Assembly: GCF_009914755.1 (NCBI RefSeq)
Contig: NC_060935.1
Length of the DNA: 64,000 bases
Direction: 5' to 3' (one strand)
Source: the human T2T-CHM13v2.0 reference genome, Homo sapiens
Shown: one piece after another, positions 58,649-64,000 of the stretch
How the letters are laid out: each line of letters starts with the position of its first letter
Position numbering within the stretch: the stretch's first letter is position 1
Position numbers and translations under genes: made by a program
Notes under the pieces: generated by a model
The model's input: only the letters and a program-made list of their open reading frames with translations
Database searches by the model: none
Told to the model about the DNA's origin: nothing

Positions 58649-61600
58649 GGCAGGGATCTTTGCTGTCACTATACTTCTGTATCCCCAACAACTAAAATAG
58701 TACTTGCCATGAAAGTGGTGCTCGATAAACACTTCCCCAGTAAACAAATAGAATTGAGACCCTCCTTGTCTTTCTAATTACAGCAAAGGCTGGAGCCCGG
58801 CTGCAGAACCTCAGAAGGCAGCTAAGAGTCACTACCTACCAGACCTCCTGGATCTGACTGACTATCTCCCTGTGCAGGTCTCTGAACTGGTCCTGGATTC
58901 CCACGATTTGAGATATTCCTTTGCTTGAAAAACCTTCATTACTTCCTGTTTGACCTCCCTGCTGCTGATATATACCTGTTCCTGAAATTGGTGCCCTTCC
59001 CTTTAATTCTCTCTTTTCCTTCTTACTTATACATTGCCCCATCACCTAGAATTTATTTTCTCCCAACTTACACCTACCACCAGGGAGTGTCTGAGACAAG
59101 ATTCAGACCCAAAGATAGCTGATTTCAAAATTATGTTCCATCTACTTTATCATGCTGCCACTCAAGACATAGCAATCACAGCTATGCTTATGACAAATGT
59201 TTGAATGCCCCTTTTACAGTTTCCAAAGCATGTTGATATCTTATAGTATCTTATAGCCAGGCCAATGCTTAGGAACATTAATTGCATGGTATATGACCTT
59301 TGCTGTGGATGTCACCACCTCTACCCCTCCTGGAAATAACTGAAACATCAGAAATATCTTCTAACCACAAATTTACCTCAAGACAAATATAAAGTTCAGA
59401 AATCATATAAAACAATGGTCAAGTTGGTAGTGTTGCACAGATTCCCAAAATCCCCCAAGCTGCCTAAACTTCCATCTATGTCCTTCACTTCACTCAGAAG
59501 GCTGAGGAAAGAGGCAGCTTCTTGTGTCTTTTTTCCCAGAGCCTCAGTTTTAGGCACTGTCTGGATTTCTCCTCCCACAGCTCTCCCTGATTACTGTCTG
59601 TGGCATGGTGTCAGTTGTGCACATGATTCCCTGGGTCATTTTAGAAGATGTTGTTCTTCTTTCATTTCCTCCTTGTGAAAGGAACACAGAGTAATCACAG
59701 GTTTTTTCCCCCTTCTGGATGCCATCCAGTTGTTCTTAGCTCATAAGCGTCTTTTTCCTGTGCAGCTGTTCCTCTTTTTAAGACAGTCACCTCAGGCTTC
59801 CTTTGACATGGCTTCTCCTAATAAGATTTTCAGCGCATCTGTCCACATCTCTGAATTACAGCTACATTAGGCTATAGCCAATGCTCAGGAAAATCCTCTG
59901 AGGGGGCTGGTGTAGGGATTATTACCATGATGATAAGCATTTGATCAAAGAAAAAACCAAGTCAATGATTTTTCCAGATTCACATTGTCATTAAGTGACC
60001 AGAACAAAAACTGGATCCTAGATTTTCTAGCAACAGATCTTTCGGCTTATCCACTGCAACATCCTCATGTATAACAGCAAAAACATCAAAAAGAACTGCT
60101 TACCATTTGCTTAACACTGGCCTAAGTTGCTATTACATACTAGCTTGTTTAACCCTCAAGACAATCCTTTTCTCATGGAATAGGAAAATAATGATGCCAT
60201 CTACATTTTACATATGTGGAAACTGAGGTTCAGAGAGGTTATGTGCAACCTGCCCCAAGTTGCATAATTAGGAACTAGTGGAGCTGAGATATGACCCAGT
60301 CATAAGTGATTGCTCTACCATGGTGCAAAATTAACTGTTATTCTAAGAAGACATTCCCAGTCCTTGGTCTTATTTGTGATATTATGTTGGCAGAATTTAC
60401 TTTCCAGACCCACATGACTCATATGGCACTTGTCTTCCATGTTCATCTGCCATTGTATAAAATTTTAATTACCTTCTGGAAACATAGTTACTTCTCTATC
60501 CTTTTCTTCTCAAGTAATATCCAAACATTTATTTCAGGCAAATTCTCACTTGAAAACTGTCTCACAGATATTATGAATATAGGTAATCTGCAATATCTTC
60601 AGGCCAGCAACATGTTTATAAAAAGGAATAGATTTAGTATCTATTGAATGTTCACCCTGCACCATCTAGTTTATATGACTCACATGGTGTGCACAACCAC
60701 TCTATAAACTAGGTATCATAAACCCATTTTGCACATGAAGAAACTAAGTTTCAGGAAATTTAAGTAACTCACCTAGAATCACACAACTTCCAAATGGCAA
60801 AAAAAAAAAAAAAAAAATCAGATTCAGATTCAGATTTGCCTGACTCTAAAGCAGAATACTCTTTCCGCCACACTGCATATGAACTGACTACAACAATGAA
60901 CGTGAAAAGAGCTGAAAATTAGCTTTTAAGCAACAATACAAAATTTCCAGACTGAGTCTTTTGCATTTCATCAGGATTTTAATTTTTTGTCCCTCTCCTC
61001 CCAAGACTTCACAAGCCCACTTAGACATTCTTCTCTGTAAAGCAGGGATATTTTTAATATTAATAACAAAAAAGAAGCCAAATACCCATAACTACAAAGT
61101 ACCAGAAAACAGACATCAGAATTCATCTAATTTGTTAGAAGGACTATTTATTACCTTGTACTGAGAAAATCAGGTTTCCTGTGTATATTGCTGGGGGCAA
61201 ACTAAGAAGATTTCAAAGTTAATTTCCCTTCATAAATAATACATTGCCAAGCCTGAAACACACAGGCTTTTGCCTCCAGACTTCATCTTTGGGCTACTGA
61301 CGCCATCTGTGGGGCCCTGTGCTGCCTACAGCAGTGACTGGAGTTGTGAAAGTTGCATCCCGCACACACCCAGCCTGTGTGATTGTGGCTCTCTCGACCA
61401 GAAAGGAATGAAGCTTAATGTCACACCAGATGTCCTTTAAAGGGATTCATTTCAAAAGACTGCTCTTGTTTTTCTTCAAAAAGGATGACTTGTTCCTAAC
61501 AGACTGTGCATAAGGCAGGGAGATCTCCCTGCGGAGAATTCAGTGAAGAAAATGTGTTGCTACCACAAAAATAAGGCAGGAAAAAACCAGGAGCCAGAAA

Positions 61601-61779
61601 AGAATACTTTGTCCGAGACAGTCTATGAAATTAATGAGAAAGAGAATGTAGCACTCTGCAACGCAGCCAGTACAAACTCAGTACATCCCAATTGAAAGCC
61701 TCATCCCTCAGGCAATATGGGAGACATTTTCACTTCTTCAGGGCTTTCACCCTGGTTCATAGATAGGCTTCAGGGGCTC

Positions 61780-62176
61780 TGTATTAGTCTGTTCTGGCAA
61801 TGGGTAATACTATAAAGAAATAGCTGAGACTTGGTAATTAATAAAGACAAGACGTTTAATTGGCTCATGGTTCTGCAGGCTGCACAGGAAGCATGGCTGG
61901 GGAGGCCTCAGGAAACTTACAATAATGGTGGAAGTCAAAGGGGAATCTGGGGCATCTTTACATGTCCTGAGCAGGAGGAAGAGAGAAGAGGGGGAAGGTG
62001 CTACACACTTTTAAGCAAACAGATCTCAAAATAACTCACTCACTATCATGAGAATAGCACCAAAGGTGGAAATCCACCCCCATGATCCAATCACCTCCCA
62101 CCAGGCCCCACTTCCAACACTGGGGATTATAATTTGACATCAGATTTGGGCAGAGACACAGACCCACACCATATCG
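61780..62176 (-). mobile_element. MSTA-like MaLR solo LTR
   Basis: tgtattagtc...ggaggcctcaggaaacttacaat...cacaccatatc, flanked on both sides by ggctc. Confidence 0.9.
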
Positions 62177-62653
62177 GCTCTGTAAACCCCCTGAAATTTT
62201 ATGTAAAATGGCTTTCCATGTGCTTTATTATTCTTCATGGCAGATTTGTGGAGTTCACTAACTTGTCAAAGTTTCAACACACTAAAGGGTTAATAACCAC
62301 TGACATTATTGCCTAAGAAGACAAAATCATATAGGCAAATAGTATGGATTTTGGAGTTATACAGGGTAAGGATGAGCCTCCCTGCCAGTGTTTAGTTGTG
62401 TGACCTTGAACTTACACACACAGACACACTTAGATTTTCTGCCTTAGATTCCCCATTTTAGAGAGGCAGATTAACTGTACCAGGAGAAGAGAAATGGCTT
62501 GTCAGAGGTTAGCTACCAGGAGATGAGGGAGCCAGAGCTCTAGCGAGGTGTGTTTCCCAAAGCCTAACAACTGCTTCTCTAGCTTCCACATTCCCCCCCT
62601 GAAAACTCCATGCTGCCTGGTTCATCAGCAACAACGAAGAATAGTTCTTTAAA

Positions 62654-63345
62654 CAGAGCCTGTTTCTTGGGTTTGCAACCTGTGCAGTCCTGCAGGGCTC
62701 CATGCTCATAAGGGCCCATGCACTTGGGGTTTAATGCTCTACAGCAATTGTCTTGAAATTTTTAATAATTTTGTCTTTGAATTGGCTTTTTAAAGTAAAG
62801 CATGATGGGACAATGGAGCATGGGCTGGTGGGAGCTTGATGCATCAGCTCACACAGGGTCCTCCCTCCTGCCACTTCCTCACTTCCTCAACATATTCTCA
62901 GGCTTCCTCTTCAGTCCCTTTGTCCCTATCCCACATCATCCCTGATCCTTCTTTTCCCACCCCAGCCTGCTGCTGACCTCCAACAAAAGGTCTCAAGGCC
63001 CAGTTCTCTCCACCCCCCTCCACCTCCTTCAGGGGCCTTGGTACAGGCAAGGTGAAGGTCTGCATTGTGGGGTGGTGTCTGGTAGTAGAGTAAGTCAGCA
63101 ACCATCTCTGCTCTGGGCTAGCAACACCACAGGGAGTTTAGAGGTAATTTGGAGATGGTCCCCCACCCATCCCCAATCCTGGTACCAGGCAAGTTCCTGA
63201 AAGGAGGTTGAAAACCTTTAGCGGTTGCCCTTCACTACTGATTAGGGCAGAAGACACAGGAGAAGAAGAGATTGACTACTATGCCCTGCTAGGGCTTCAC
63301 ATGTTTATTTTGCATTGGGCCCCAAAAATTACATAGCTGTCACTG
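62654..63345 (+). mobile_element. Full-length MER115-like hAT-Tip100 element
   Basis: cag...ctg termini with cttggggtttaatgctct...cttgaaatt and ttttgcattgggcccc. 8-bp TSD tctttaaa 62646-62653 / tccttaaa 63346-63353. Confidence 0.8.
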
Positions 63346-64000
63346 TCCTTAAAGGAGTGTATATTTTTAACATGGAAGAATAAATGCTAATAAGCTGCTA
63401 TTACCTGAACTAATGCTTTAAACTTCTTCCAGATAAATTCTCTAGCTGCTGGCATTACATTCTGGCCTCACATTCATACATCATTAACTATTTGGGGATG
63501 AAAGTGTAAACAAATAAAAAAATCAGTCATATCAACAAAGAGACTATATATAACACTACACTAAAGATATTCTATCATATTGATCCATATGGTATTTCTA
63601 TTTTAAAAATTGAGGGAGAGAAATGGGCCAGTTGGAATAATTCTAATATTGTCCTTGTCCTTACTTTCTCTTCTATACTAAAGCTCTGTTCTGGTATTTA
63701 GCACTGACAGGAAAGTCTGTTGGAGATTAGTTTATTTTACAGACTAAACAGCCTAAAACTTTCTTGCTTCCCACTCTTATTCCTTGAGGAAATAGGCTGC
63801 AAGCTGTATTTTCTGGTCTCAGCAAGAGTGCTCAATCCACGATATTTAAGAAATAGCACACATCTTTTCATATCTCAGAGGAAACTCAAAGATTCACCTG
63901 CTTTCTCTATTCTTTCTTCCTTTTCCCCACTGCTTAGCTGGATGGACTTGTTCAGGCAAAATTAGAAGTAGTAGGGGAAGTTGTTTTGATGACCCCATTC

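Overview
Catarrhine primate (human or ape-like) genomic DNA, AT-rich and dominated by transposable elements: AluY/S, L1PA/L1PB/L1M, LTR12C, MER4, MER57, MaLR LTRs, MER1B, MER44, MER115, MIR and L2. I find no credible host protein-coding gene, RNA gene, CRISPR array or prokaryotic-type system. The longer ORFs in the track are L1 ORF2 remnants, Alu or LTR read-throughs, or microsatellites. I do not see a new biological system here. The most interesting signals are retrotransposition and repair scars. (1) A ~174-bp copy of the local MER57 LTR at 31.6 kb is captured, inverted, at the 5' junction of an L1PA8 11 kb away. (2) An L1PB1 appears to carry a ~470-bp 3' transduction. (3) Two L1s show twin-priming 5' inversions. 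(4) A multi-step templated-insertion scar sits at an L1 deletion. (5) A double fold-back mutation lies in an intact LTR12C solo LTR. (6) A young-type patch lies inside an older L1PA. The excess of minus-strand L1s and Alus suggests the window may be an intron of a plus-strand transcript. All subfamily names come from recalled consensus sequences and need RepeatMasker/Dfam confirmation.
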